Below are positions 10,423 to 20,716 of a stretch of 64,000 bases of DNA, in pieces. Origin of the DNA: Myxococcota bacterium. Lineage in GTDB: Bacteria; Myxococcota_A; SURF-8. The stretch is taken from positions 256,001-320,000 of the forward strand of contig CAXXQS010000001.1 in the NCBI GenBank assembly GCA_963674735.2. Reading direction: 5' to 3'. How positions within the stretch are numbered: position 1 is the first letter of the stretch; every line of letters starts with the position of its first letter. The notes beneath the pieces were generated by a model, which was given only the letters and a program-made list of their open reading frames with translations, ran no database searches and was not told the origin of the DNA. The position numbers and the translations under genes are program-made.

Positions 10423-11313
10423 TCATCGACGGTAGCAGGGAATGTCCGGTTCGATGTGAATGAGAATGGTGACGGGGAATGTGAAGGTGTTACGGATGGC
10501 TGTTTCCAAGGCCAGCGTGATGTCATGGCTGGCTTCCACCGACATGTTGGGGTCCACCAGGATATGGACATCCACCTGCAGGCCGCGCCCCTGTCGCCGT
10601 GAGCGTAAGTGATGCCAGCCACGGATCTGCGGGTCGCGATTGAGAATGCGGGCGATGCTTTCGGTCGTCTCCTGTCCGGCGGCGTGTTCGGTCAGCTCGC
10701 GCAAACTGTTCAAGGCGATGTTCATCGCTACGCCCATCACCATCAATCCGACCACGATTCCCGCCACCTGATCACCGTAGCCCCAGCCGAGTTGTCCGGC
10801 CACGTACCCCAAAAGCACCGCGAGCGACGACAGGGCGTCCGAGCGGTGGTGCCAGGCATTGGCCTGAAGAGCTTGACTATTCAAGGCATTCGCCGCTTTA
10901 TGTGTGACCTGATACAGCACCTCTTTGGCCAAAATGGAGGCCAGCGCCAAAACAAGAACGGTCAGCCCCGGAAAGCTGGTCTCACGGGCATACAGGGACG
11001 CTCCGGCTTCATAGGCGATGCCGCCCCCGGCAAAAAGTAGTACACCGGCGACGCTGATGGTGGCCAGGGTTTCGAATTTGCCGTGACCGTAGGGATGGGA
11101 AGGGTCGGGGGGGCGTTCGCCCAGCCAGACCCCCACCAGCACCAGGACATCCGTCACCAGGTCCGACAGGCTGTGCACGCCGTCGGCCACCAGGCTGATG
11201 GAGCCGCTGAAATGGCCGCCGATGATTTTGGCGACAGACAACACGAGGTTGACGGCGGCTCCTACGAGGGTCAGCTTGCGGACAGGCGCAAAGGTATGGT
11301 TGTTGGATTCCAT
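10423..11313 (-). CDS. Cation diffusion facilitator (FieF/YiiP-like) transporter
   Basis: SLVADGVHSLSD, HPYGHGKFE and AWHHRSDA motifs plus C-terminal dimerisation domain. Confidence 0.92.
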   Translation of the reverse strand: MESNNHTFAPVRKLTLVGAAVNLVLSVAKIIGGHFSGSISLVADGVHSLSDLVTDVLVLVGVWLGERPPDPSHPYGHGKFETLATISVAGVLLFAGGGIAYEAGASLYARETSFPGLTVLVLALASILAKEVLYQVTHKAANALNSQALQANAWHHRSDALSSLAVLLGYVAGQLGWGYGDQVAGIVVGLMVMGVAMNIALNSLRELTEHAAGQETTESIARILNRDPQIRGWHHLRSRRQGRGLQVDVHILVDPNMSVEASHDITLALETAIRNTFTFPVTILIHIEPDIPCYRR

Positions 11314-11529
11314 CAAGTCTCCATGGATCGGCTTTCGCAGCGCTATTCTACAAGAAGGCGGGAGGATTGCGCTATCAAATATGTCTATGAGACAAGAATT
11401 TCGACCGACGGACAGCCGCCAGCTACGCGCCAACCTATTCTGAAGGCTTGGAAATGCAATGAATATGGGATATATTCCAGTCAATTTAGCATAATCAAAG
11501 AAACATGTGATGGATGGGTGACTGGTGTG

Positions 11530-11712
11530 TAGGGCATTTCAATTCTAACTTTTTCACCGTTTTCCACCCAATATAATTCGGTTTACGGGGTGCCATGGGC
11601 CAAGCCTTTGGCTTGCCCATGCTGTTTTCACGGGCAAACCTGACGGTTTAGCCCGTGCCACCCATCATCGATCGAAGATTATTCGAGACTCAATCAGAAT
11701 TGAAATGCCGTA
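11530..11712 (+). mobile_element. MITE copy 1 (~180 bp; ISAs1-like ends, internal REP-like doublet)
   Basis: TIR TAGGGCATTTCAATTCT...AGAATTGAAATGCCGTA; flanks GACTGGTGTG / AACTGGTGTG (9/10 TSD); homologous to three other copies in the window. Confidence 0.85.
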
Positions 11713-12142
11713 AACTGGTGTGAAGAGTCTCAGTCTGCAAAATCCGTTTGAGAGCGTCCGTCTGTTCCGGGATAGTCTTCTCTCCAATCGAGAAAAGATC
11801 GGGACGTCTGAAGCAGTGGCGTGCTTGAAAAACGGGTTTTCACGCGTTTGGGCGACAGTGAAAGCCGAACGGGATGTCCTGTTGACCTGGAACGAGGCTA
11901 CCGTTTCCGATGTCGATCCGTTTCCTGAATCGGGCAATCCGTTATCCGTATTCGGGCGTTTGAGTGCTCGTATGCTCGTCATGTGGGTTTTTCTGCGACT
12001 TGTGTTTTTGAGTCGCCGTCCTATCTATCATCCCGTGTTCTCCAACCGTCTCATCCTCGCGCCATAACTTAAAGGCGCAAGCCGTTCGTGTTTCGACGGA
12101 CCCACCGCAAGCCTCCGAGTTTCTCTACCCCTGTTCGCACAC

Positions 12143-12170
12143 AAAAAAAACGGCCGCCCGAAGGCGACCG
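12143..12170 (-). terminator. Intrinsic terminator of the giant lipoprotein gene
   Basis: A8 run plus CGGCCGCC-CGAA-GGCGACCG hairpin. Confidence 0.7.
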
Positions 12171-12190
12171 CAAAAAGGGTGTCGGTTCAA

Positions 12191-15100
12191 TTACTCGGCT
12201 AGCGGGCCGGTTTCGCTTACGGCGGTGCTCTTGAAGCCCGAGAAGTCGACCACGTTGGGGTCGCTCTGGATGATGCGATCGGCTACTTCCGAGCCGAACA
12301 CGCCCCAATAGTTTCCGGTGCAGTCGAGGACACCCGCGCGCAGGATGGCCGACATCTCGACCACGCGGGGCGGATCGATGGTGCTGGTGTGGAAGAACAC
12401 CTTGTAAAGCGTCGTGGTGCCGTAAGCGCTGTTGTAATCGTCGGATACGACGCAGTAAAGGCTGGTGGCGTTGTAGCTGGCGATGGAGCTCCACGCACCG
12501 CTGCTGGCGCTGGACCAGGATTTGATGTTGTTGTCGTTGGCGGCGTTTCTAACATAGCCGTAGATGTCGTTGTACCAGTCGGTTTCACTGAACCCGGCCT
12601 TGATGAATTCGATCATCGGTCCGCCCGTGGTGTAGTCGCTGGAGGTGTAAGTGCCGGTGCTCGACGACGATGAGGAGACGGATAGGGACGGTTCCTCGAT
12701 CATGCCGGCCTGTTCGGTGCCGTTGCTGAAAATGTTGTTGTCGTTGATGGTGTTGTCGGGATCGGTGCTGCCGTTGGTGGTGGCCAGGATGCCGTCGGAG
12801 GTGTTGTAGTTGATATTGTTCTTGCTGACGTCACCCAGCGCTCCGCTATACAGGCGGATGCCGACTTCGTTGTACATGATGTTCGATTGCGTCAGATTGA
12901 AGTTCGAGTTGTTGGAATAAATCCCGTTTGCCCCATTGTAGGTGAAGGTCGAGTTGGTGAGGCTGTTGGCCACGCTTTGATTGTTGGTGAAACTCACGCC
13001 GTCGGTGCCGTTCAAGGTGGCCAGCAGGTAGTTGGCCGTCAATACTCCGTGGGTGTAAACGTACAAGCCGGTGGTGGTGTTATCGCGCAGGGTGACATGA
13101 TCGAGGTCCATCGTTCCGGATTCCAGGCGCAAGCCGACATTTCCTTTTTCGACGGTGGCGTGGTCGAGGGTGGCGCTACCGTTGCTGCCCTTGCTGACGA
13201 TATAGCCGAAGCCGCCGTTTACCGGTACGTCGCCCAGGACGGTGATGTGTACCGGGTCGCTCGCGGTTCCGTTGACGTCGAGGGTGCCCTCGTTATTGAT
13301 GAGATACCAGTCGCCGCGGTTGTCGCCGTTCTGGTCGGTGGGAACGAAGGTGACGGTCACCCCGGGGTCGATGGTGAGCAATCCGTGGGAGACGATGTCG
13401 ATATCGCCGGTGATGTAGACGTCGTTCGACCAGGTCTCGTTTCCATCGATGATTTCGCCGCCCTTGTAAATGCCTTTATCCCAGCTTTCGTCGAAAGCGG
13501 CTCCCACGAAACCCTCGATGTCGAGGTAGCTGGAATTCGAATACGAGAGCACCGACAGCACGTCGGGCCATACGCCGAAGTAGTTGTGCCGGATGTCGAG
13601 GACATCGCCGGAGCTGATGAGGGTGACTTGATCGTGGGCGTCGGCACTGACATAGGCCACGTTGCGGACCGTCATCGTGCCGTAGGCGGAGTTGTAGTCG
13701 TCGGAGACGAGGGTGTAAATGCTGGTTGTATTGCGCGAGGTGATGTCGGTCCAGGTGTAGCCGGAACTGCTGCTACGCGAGATCATGTTGTAGTTGTCGC
13801 TGCTGCGGCGTACGTAGCCGTAGATGTCGTTGTACCAGTCGGTTTCCGAGAAGGCATCTTCGATGTAGCGGATGATTTCGCCGCCGGGTGTGGTGTAGGT
13901 CGATGATGTGAAGGTGCCAGTACCTGAACTGGGGGAGGAAACCGATAGATTGATGGTGTCGAGGGTCAGGCTGCCGTCGTCGGCGTTGCCGAAGATGTTG
14001 TTATAATTGATGGCCATCACGGGGCTGTTGCTGCCGTCGGGTATGGCGCGTACGCCTTCGAGCCCGTTGTACTTGATTTGGCATTGGGTGACCGTTCCGG
14101 TGACGTCGCCTTTCAGGTTCAGACCGACTTCGGCGTTGTTGACGAGATCGCTGTTCTGGATGGTGAAGGTGTCGTCTTCGAGGGTGACACCGTCGCCGTC
14201 GTTTTGTTCGATGGTACAGTCGGTGAGGGTCGAGCCTGCGCCGTTGAGCGCGAAGAGGCCCGAGCCGCCGTTGTGATGCAGGTAAAGGTTGGTGGCGTCC
14301 ATCTCCGCCCCGTTCATGTACATGCCGTGTTCCACCGAATCGCGCACTTCGGTGTCGTTGATCGTAACGCCGGATGCGCTGGTGTAAAGATACAGCCCGT
14401 AGGTGTTGAAACGGAACTCGCAGTTCTCCACCAGGGCGTCGGAGTTGATGCGCAAGGCCTGATAGCCATACTCGAAGATGGCGTGGCGGATTTGCGAGCC
14501 GGTGGAGGAACTGGACAGCTCGACTTTGTTCCAGCCCGCCGGGGCGTTGTCGCCCAGCACGGTGAAGGTAACCGGTGCGTCTTCGGTGCCGTTGACGATC
14601 AGGGTGCCGTTGATGACCAGGTCGTAATCGCCGATGCCGTTGCCCTTGCTCTTTTCGGTGTCGACCTGGACGAAAACGATGGTGGTGTTCGAGGCGATGG
14701 TGAGTGTGTTACCGGCGGGTACCCAGGCATCGCCGGTGATATTGATGGTGCCCATCCAGGTCGTGGTGGTGATTTCGCCATACACGTCCTGAATCATCTG
14801 GAAGTTGACGCTTCTTGAGGCGTCGTCGCTTTGGAATACGGCGTCGCGGACCTGCATGGTGATGGTGTGCTCGCCGTCGGTGGCGTAGGTGTATACGTCG
14901 ATTTTATCCGTGCTCCAGTCGGTGTCGTAGCTGCCGTCGTTGTCCCAGTCCCAGCGCACTTCCAGGTCATCCACGGCGGTTTCGGTGTCGCTGACGCCGC
15001 TGGCGTCCACAGTGACTTCCAGGTTTCCGGTGATGATGGCGGTGAACGTGGCGGTGGGCGGATCGTTGCGTACGTCGAGGTTGCGACCGGCCGAGACGCC

Positions 15101-17911
15101 GACGCCGGATTCGTTGTCGGTGGCGCGCGCCTGCAAGACGATGGTGTTGCCGGTGGGCGCTTGCTCCGGAACGATATAGGTGAAGCGGTAGGGAACGGTG
15201 TCGTCGGCCGGTCCGGTAGGCGTTCCGTCCACCAGCAATTCCACCTGCGTAATGGTGCGACCGGGGGCCGGAGTCGCGCCCGCTTCGATGATCAGCTCGT
15301 TACCCTGGGTGACAATCAGATCCTCGATGGGACGCACGATGGTGACGTCCGGGGAGTTGCCGTCGCTGACGACCACCAGGCAGGTTGCCGTATCGGTGTC
15401 GGCATCGTCATCGGTCACGGTGAGGGTGACGGTGTAGCTGTCGGCGGCGGTATAGGTGTGATAAACAAGCGGATTGGAGCCGGAACCGGTGCTGCCGTCG
15501 TCGAAGTCGAAGTGATAATCGACGATCGTGCCGTCGCTGTCGGTGGAGGCGCTGGCGTTGAAGGTGAGGTTTTCGCCGATATCCGCCATCGCCGGACAGC
15601 TTAGTTGCGCGGTGGGGCCTTCGTTGGTCGCCCCGTTTGCCGCGCCGGGAGTCGGCACGTCGAGATCGGTGAAGTCGCTCAGGTTGTCGTCGGTATCGGT
15701 CTGGTTCGTATCGCGCGCCAGGGAGTGACCGGCCGAGACATCGGGGGCCGGATCGCCTTCCCCGGCGAAGACATCTTCACCGGGCGTGAAAACGCCGTAG
15801 CCCAAGGCGTCGATCACCTGGTTCTGCCACAGCAGTTCGATGCTGTCGGGGCCGTTTTGGTAATCCGCATCGGTGTCCATCAAATCGGCTTCATCCGCGA
15901 TGGCGGCGATGGCGCTGGGCGGGCAGATGACGAAGTAGCCGTCGCCTCCCACCGTGCCGGTGAGGTTGATGGTGTTATAGGTTTCGCCGTTGGCGCCGTT
16001 GACGCCGCGTAACGAGAAACCGTCGAGGTCCATATCCGCCGCACCGAAAAGTTCGACGAAGGTGTCGCTTTCGCTGGCCAGGCCGTCGTACATCACTTCC
16101 GAAATCAGCAGGATGCCCGGCTGATCGTCGAGGCACTCGCCGTCGGTGCAGGTTTGATTCTGGCCGCAGGCGGTCGGATCGCCCCAAGCCGAGCCGTTGG
16201 CGTTGCAGACGATCACGCCGTTGGCGTTGTCGCAATCACGTTCGCTGGGGCTGCAGATCTGGTTGTAGCACACGCCCGCCTCGCAGTATTTCCCGGTTCC
16301 GCAAGCCGTGGGTGAACTGAAGCCCGTGCCGGTGGTGTTGCAGACGACGATGGAATCGCCTTCGCATTGCGGGACGCCCGGCGTGCAGATCTGGTCTACG
16401 CAGCCGCCGTCGATGCAGACTTGCTCCGTGCCGCAGTCGATGGCCGTTTGCCAGCCAGATCCGTCCTCTTCGCAGACATGGTAGCCGCCGAGGTCGACGC
16501 ATTCGGTTTCGGCGGGTTCGCATTCCTGGTTCCAGCAGAAGCCGTTCAGGCAGTACTGATTGCTGCCGCAGTCGCCGGGATCGCCCCAGGCCGAGCCGTC
16601 GCTGTTGCAGACGATAACCGCGCCGTCGTCGTTGCACTCGCGGGCTTGCGGGGTGCACACCTGGTCTTGACAGGCTCCGGCGCTGCAGTATTGATCGTTG
16701 TCGCAGGCTACCGGCAGGCCGTAGCCGTCGCCGCTGCCGAGACAGGTGAGCACGTTGCTGCCGCTGCAAATCGTATCGCCGGGATTGCAGACGGTGGGCA
16801 GGCAGGAGTTGGTCAGGCACAGTTCCCCGTTTTCACAGGCCACGGGCGCGTTGTAGCCCGAGCCGACCTCGTTACACACTTTTTCGTTGTTGTCGTCTTC
16901 GCAGACGATGCTGCCGGGCGTACAAAGCTGGTTGTAGCACACGCCCTCGTCGCAGTAGCGACCCAGTCCACAGTCTTCCGGTGCGTCGAAGCCCGAGCCG
17001 TCGGAGAGGCATTGGCGGCGAGCGGTGTCGCCGTCGCAGGACCAGGTGTTGGGTACGCAGGCCTGGTCTTTGCATTCACCGCTATCGCAGTATTGATTTG
17101 CGCCGCAATTCGTGGGCGCGCCCCAGCCCGATCCGTCGGAAGCGCAGGTAGCGGTGGCGTTGCCCAGGCAGCCGATTTCATCGGGATCGCAAATCTGGTC
17201 GTGGCACGTGCCGTTGCGGCAGTAGGAATCCGCGCCGCAACTGATCGGGTCGCCGTAGTCCGACCCGTCGTTTAGGCATACTTTGTAGTTGAAATCGTCC
17301 TCGCAGAGCGCGTCGCTCGGGTCGCAGATCTGATCGAGGCATACGCCGGCGCGGCAGAATTGCTCGGTGCCGCAATCTTCGGGAGCGAGAAAGCCGCTGC
17401 CCGACGCGTTGCAGATAAAGACGCTGTTGCCGTAGCATTTACGCAAGTTGGGCGTGCAGATTTGCGGCTGATCGCCTTCCGCGTCGCCGTCAATTTCATC
17501 TTCCGTATCGCCGTCCGTGTCGTCTTCCGTATCGCCGTCGGCATCGCCATCGCCATCGGATTCGCCATCGCCATCGCCGTCTGGCTCGTCGCTGTCGCTA
17601 TCGCCGTCGGCATCGCCGTCTGGCTCGTCGCCGTCGCTATCGCCGTCGGAGTCTCCGTCTGGGTCGACGCCGTCGCTATCGTCGTCGGAGTCGCCGTCTG
17701 GGTCGACGCCGTCGGCTTCTGTATCGCCATCGGGCAACAAGGCGTCGCCATCGGTATCGCCGTCGGGCTTGTCCCCGTCGGGCTCGTCTCCGTCGGACGA
17801 ATCGCCATCGGGATCGTCGCCGTCGGTGTTGCCGGCGTCATCGCCGCCGCAAGCGGATAGAACGAGTAGACTCGCGAGAAGGATCACGAATAATAGCCAT
17901 CGATTCTGCAT
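12191..17911 (-). CDS. Giant surface lipoprotein (1906 aa): DGD linker, Cys-rich repeats, lamin-tail domain, PKD/Ig domains, parallel beta-helix
   Basis: Lipobox LSAC; ISEVMYD..FVEL (LTD-like); YHFDFDDG/WDWDNDG (PKD-like); N..G(I/L) beta-helix repeats. Confidence 0.88.
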   Translation of the reverse strand: MQNRWLLFVILLASLLVLSACGGDDAGNTDGDDPDGDSSDGDEPDGDKPDGDTDGDALLPDGDTEADGVDPDGDSDDDSDGVDPDGDSDGDSDGDEPDGDADGDSDSDEPDGDGDGESDGDGDADGDTEDDTDGDTEDEIDGDAEGDQPQICTPNLRKCYGNSVFICNASGSGFLAPEDCGTEQFCRAGVCLDQICDPSDALCEDDFNYKVCLNDGSDYGDPISCGADSYCRNGTCHDQICDPDEIGCLGNATATCASDGSGWGAPTNCGANQYCDSGECKDQACVPNTWSCDGDTARRQCLSDGSGFDAPEDCGLGRYCDEGVCYNQLCTPGSIVCEDDNNEKVCNEVGSGYNAPVACENGELCLTNSCLPTVCNPGDTICSGSNVLTCLGSGDGYGLPVACDNDQYCSAGACQDQVCTPQARECNDDGAVIVCNSDGSAWGDPGDCGSNQYCLNGFCWNQECEPAETECVDLGGYHVCEEDGSGWQTAIDCGTEQVCIDGGCVDQICTPGVPQCEGDSIVVCNTTGTGFSSPTACGTGKYCEAGVCYNQICSPSERDCDNANGVIVCNANGSAWGDPTACGQNQTCTDGECLDDQPGILLISEVMYDGLASESDTFVELFGAADMDLDGFSLRGVNGANGETYNTINLTGTVGGDGYFVICPPSAIAAIADEADLMDTDADYQNGPDSIELLWQNQVIDALGYGVFTPGEDVFAGEGDPAPDVSAGHSLARDTNQTDTDDNLSDFTDLDVPTPGAANGATNEGPTAQLSCPAMADIGENLTFNASASTDSDGTIVDYHFDFDDGSTGSGSNPLVYHTYTAADSYTVTLTVTDDDADTDTATCLVVVSDGNSPDVTIVRPIEDLIVTQGNELIIEAGATPAPGRTITQVELLVDGTPTGPADDTVPYRFTYIVPEQAPTGNTIVLQARATDNESGVGVSAGRNLDVRNDPPTATFTAIITGNLEVTVDASGVSDTETAVDDLEVRWDWDNDGSYDTDWSTDKIDVYTYATDGEHTITMQVRDAVFQSDDASRSVNFQMIQDVYGEITTTTWMGTINITGDAWVPAGNTLTIASNTTIVFVQVDTEKSKGNGIGDYDLVINGTLIVNGTEDAPVTFTVLGDNAPAGWNKVELSSSSTGSQIRHAIFEYGYQALRINSDALVENCEFRFNTYGLYLYTSASGVTINDTEVRDSVEHGMYMNGAEMDATNLYLHHNGGSGLFALNGAGSTLTDCTIEQNDGDGVTLEDDTFTIQNSDLVNNAEVGLNLKGDVTGTVTQCQIKYNGLEGVRAIPDGSNSPVMAINYNNIFGNADDGSLTLDTINLSVSSPSSGTGTFTSSTYTTPGGEIIRYIEDAFSETDWYNDIYGYVRRSSDNYNMISRSSSSGYTWTDITSRNTTSIYTLVSDDYNSAYGTMTVRNVAYVSADAHDQVTLISSGDVLDIRHNYFGVWPDVLSVLSYSNSSYLDIEGFVGAAFDESWDKGIYKGGEIIDGNETWSNDVYITGDIDIVSHGLLTIDPGVTVTFVPTDQNGDNRGDWYLINNEGTLDVNGTASDPVHITVLGDVPVNGGFGYIVSKGSNGSATLDHATVEKGNVGLRLESGTMDLDHVTLRDNTTTGLYVYTHGVLTANYLLATLNGTDGVSFTNNQSVANSLTNSTFTYNGANGIYSNNSNFNLTQSNIMYNEVGIRLYSGALGDVSKNNINYNTSDGILATTNGSTDPDNTINDNNIFSNGTEQAGMIEEPSLSVSSSSSSTGTYTSSDYTTGGPMIEFIKAGFSETDWYNDIYGYVRNAANDNNIKSWSSASSGAWSSIASYNATSLYCVVSDDYNSAYGTTTLYKVFFHTSTIDPPRVVEMSAILRAGVLDCTGNYWGVFGSEVADRIIQSDPNVVDFSGFKSTAVSETGPLAE

Positions 17912-18687
17912 GGTGCACCTCTTGATCGTTTCCGTCTATTTTTCGGTTAGGTGTATGGGTTTTTGTTACAATTCGCCGTAGCATACGCATTTCGGATCGG
18001 AGAGTCAAACCATTCTTGGCCGATTTCCGACCGGTTTTTTGTGGAGATCGAAATGGAATTCGGGAGGGAAAACTAGGTTTGGAGTGGCGAACAATGCATG
18101 CGTGGCGAAAAGAGTTGAGAATAAATCAAGTGGAGAAAAAATAAGGATATACTATCCAAGAGGACGGGCGCGTGCAGAGGAAGACGATTGTTACCAAGGA
18201 TGGACTTGAAGAAGGATTCCAGGCGCTCGATGCGCTCGATGCGTTCGAAAAAGCGCGACTGAAATGGTCTCAGGAAGTATGCCGACAGAAATACTAAGAA
18301 TGCCCTAATACGTCACACATGTTGGGAGTCTCTTGCGTTAAATTGCAAGGAGCCGGGTGAAGCTGGGGAGAGGCTGCCAGGGTAAACCGGTCGATAAAGA
18401 CAATAAATACAGCTAAATAGCGAAAGGTTTGCTTCGACTGAACGGATCGTGACGCAACCGGCGCAACGATTAGAAATAAAATGAAAATAGTATAGTGAAT
18501 ATAAAACAATGAAGAGATTAGTTAGGGCTTCCAAAGAGGGTGTCGTAACTCGCTGTAATTGCTTATGATATTTGAATGTTGGCTGGAAGGCGACGAGCCG
18601 GGTCTGGGAGAAACCATAAAATCCTTTAAAAAGTCCATGAAAACAGTGAGATAGAAAGAGACCCCGTTGCCATCACCCGGGGAATCG

Positions 18688-20469
18688 CTACTCGTAAAAG
18701 CCGTCGAGGATGTCGCTGTATTTTTGGTCGATGGTGCGGCGGCGCAGTTTTTCGGACGAAGTCAGCTCGCCGCCATCTACCGAGAACCGTCCGGGTAAGA
18801 TCGCGAATTTCTTGATGGATTCGGGACCGGAAAGGTCCTGGTTTTTACGCTGAATGGCTTCTTCGATCAGTCGGCGCACTTCTTCGCGCTGCGTCAATTC
18901 GGCGAAATCGGTGTGCGGGATGTTCTTTTCCTTAGCCCATTGCGTGAGATTCTGCCGATTGAGCGTAATCAGCGCCGAAGTGAAATTGCGCTGGTCGCCG
19001 TGCACGTAAACGCGGTCGATGAAGGGATCGGCCTTGAGGTGGTTTTCGATATTCTGGGGCGAAATGTTTTTTCCGCCCGACGTGATGATGATGTCTTTTT
19101 TTCGGTCGGTGATGCGTAAAAAACCATCCTCGTCGATTTCGCCGATATCGCCGGTGGAGAGCCAGTCGTCCTGCAGAACCGAGGCGGTGGAATCGGGAGA
19201 TTTCCAGTATTCCCGCATGACTACGGGGCCTTTGAGGCGGATTTCGCCGTCCCCGGCCAGCTCGATTTCGACGCCGTGAATGGGTTTTCCGACCGACCCG
19301 ATTTTGTTGTCCGTCACGGTATTGATGGTGGCGGCTCCGGCCACTTCGGTCATGCCGTAGGCTTCGAGAACCGTCAAACCGGTGGCATGAAAAAAGGACG
19401 CGACCTCTTTCTGCAACGGCGCACCCGACGAAACCAGAAACTTGATGCGGTCGCCGAATTTCTGGCGGAAGCGGTCGAAAAACAGTTTGCGCGCGGCTTG
19501 ATATTTGCCGTTCAACACCAACGGAATGGGTTGGCGCTGATCCTTCAGGCGGCTGACCTGGCGGCCGACGTCCAGGCACCAGTTGAGAGTGGTGCGCTGC
19601 ATCCCGCCGGACAGCGCCACCTCGTTGAGCACGCCGGAATAGATTTTCTGAAACACGCGCGGCACCGCCGCCATCATGTCGGGATTGGTTTCCTGCAGAT
19701 TCATCATCAGGCGGTCGTAGCTTTCGGCCAAGGCCAACGTGATGCCCGTAAATAAATTGAGGTATTGCACCGTGCGCCCGAAAATATGAGACAGTGGCAG
19801 GAAGTGCAGCGTGGTTTGATCCTCGCGCAATTGAACCATTTGTTGCAGGGCGTACTGCTGTGCCAGAATCTGTGCGTGTGCATGCACGACCCCCATCAGC
19901 GGGCCGCCGGTGGAGGTGTAGACGATGGTGGCGAGGTCGTCGAGCCCGACCTGTTCCGACAGCGATTTATAAAGGCCGGGTTCGGCCTGGCGGCCTTGTT
20001 CCACCACCTGGGAAAGCGTTGTGACGCCGTCGTCCTCATCGGGGGCCGGGCCTTCGATCAGGATGATTTTCTCAAGCGCGGTCAGCTTCTCGCGTACCTG
20101 AAGCACGCGATCGAGCAGCGTGAGATTTTCGACGATCAGGAACTTGGCGTCGGAGTGGGTGACGATGTATTCCACGTCGCCTTTGGGGCTGGTGTGGTAG
20201 ATGGGCACCACCACGCCGCCGCAACCCAGTGCACCCAGATCGCAAAAAAGCCACTCCACCCGGTTATCGCTGAACAGGGCGATTCGTTCGCCTTTTTCAA
20301 GACCGAGAGCGTGCAGGCCGCGCGCAATGAAGCGCACCGTTTCGTAGTAGCGGTTCCACGAAACCTTGACCCAGTTACCGGTTTGCGTGTTTTTATATGT
20401 GAGGGCCGTTTGGGGCCCGGAACGCTCGACGCGCCATTTGAACATCTCGTTGATGCTCGTAAACTCCAT
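18688..20469 (-). CDS. Long-chain acyl-CoA synthetase / AMP-dependent ligase family protein with a degenerate P-loop
   Basis: LPLSHIF, EAYGMTE, TGDIG and DRKKDIIITSGGKNISPQ motifs; A3 motif reads YTSTGGPLMGV. Confidence 0.85.
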   Translation of the reverse strand: MEFTSINEMFKWRVERSGPQTALTYKNTQTGNWVKVSWNRYYETVRFIARGLHALGLEKGERIALFSDNRVEWLFCDLGALGCGGVVVPIYHTSPKGDVEYIVTHSDAKFLIVENLTLLDRVLQVREKLTALEKIILIEGPAPDEDDGVTTLSQVVEQGRQAEPGLYKSLSEQVGLDDLATIVYTSTGGPLMGVVHAHAQILAQQYALQQMVQLREDQTTLHFLPLSHIFGRTVQYLNLFTGITLALAESYDRLMMNLQETNPDMMAAVPRVFQKIYSGVLNEVALSGGMQRTTLNWCLDVGRQVSRLKDQRQPIPLVLNGKYQAARKLFFDRFRQKFGDRIKFLVSSGAPLQKEVASFFHATGLTVLEAYGMTEVAGAATINTVTDNKIGSVGKPIHGVEIELAGDGEIRLKGPVVMREYWKSPDSTASVLQDDWLSTGDIGEIDEDGFLRITDRKKDIIITSGGKNISPQNIENHLKADPFIDRVYVHGDQRNFTSALITLNRQNLTQWAKEKNIPHTDFAELTQREEVRRLIEEAIQRKNQDLSGPESIKKFAILPGRFSVDGGELTSSEKLRRRTIDQKYSDILDGFYE

Positions 20470-20645
20470 CCTAAAACTCCTCAGTCGGAATCCCCCAGTC
20501 GTTACTGGATGGTTGCCTGTAATGGGGAAATTGAAGCACAGCAGGGCAGGGATGTCAAGACAAGCGAAGCGATTTCGGGTATTTGGTGAATACACCGATC
20601 CGAAAGCGGTGGCAGATGTCGATTTCGTCATCGATGACTAGCGGG

Positions 20646-20673
20646 GTAGGTCGGACAGATTTTCTGTCCGACA
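20646..20673 (+). repeat. GTAG-type REP (family 1), left of RAYT
   Basis: GTAG-GTCGGACAGA-TTT-TCTGTCCGAC. Confidence 0.9.
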
Positions 20674-20680
20674 TTTCCCC

Positions 20681-20710
20681 TTGATATTCAATTGCCACAA
20701 TTGATACAAT
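20681..20710 (+). promoter_or_regulatory. Putative sigma70 promoter of RAYT with a palindrome in the spacer
   Basis: TTGATA-18 nt-TACAAT with extended TGn; spacer contains TCAATTG-CCA-CAATTGA; ATG lies 6 nt after the -10. Confidence 0.55.
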
Positions 20711-20716
20711 CCTCAC

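Noticed and set aside
18370-18470. Possible c-di-GMP-I riboswitch (GGTAAACC...)
   Set aside because: Lacks the GAAA-capped P2 stem and the GACGCAAAG/P3 elements in the right order
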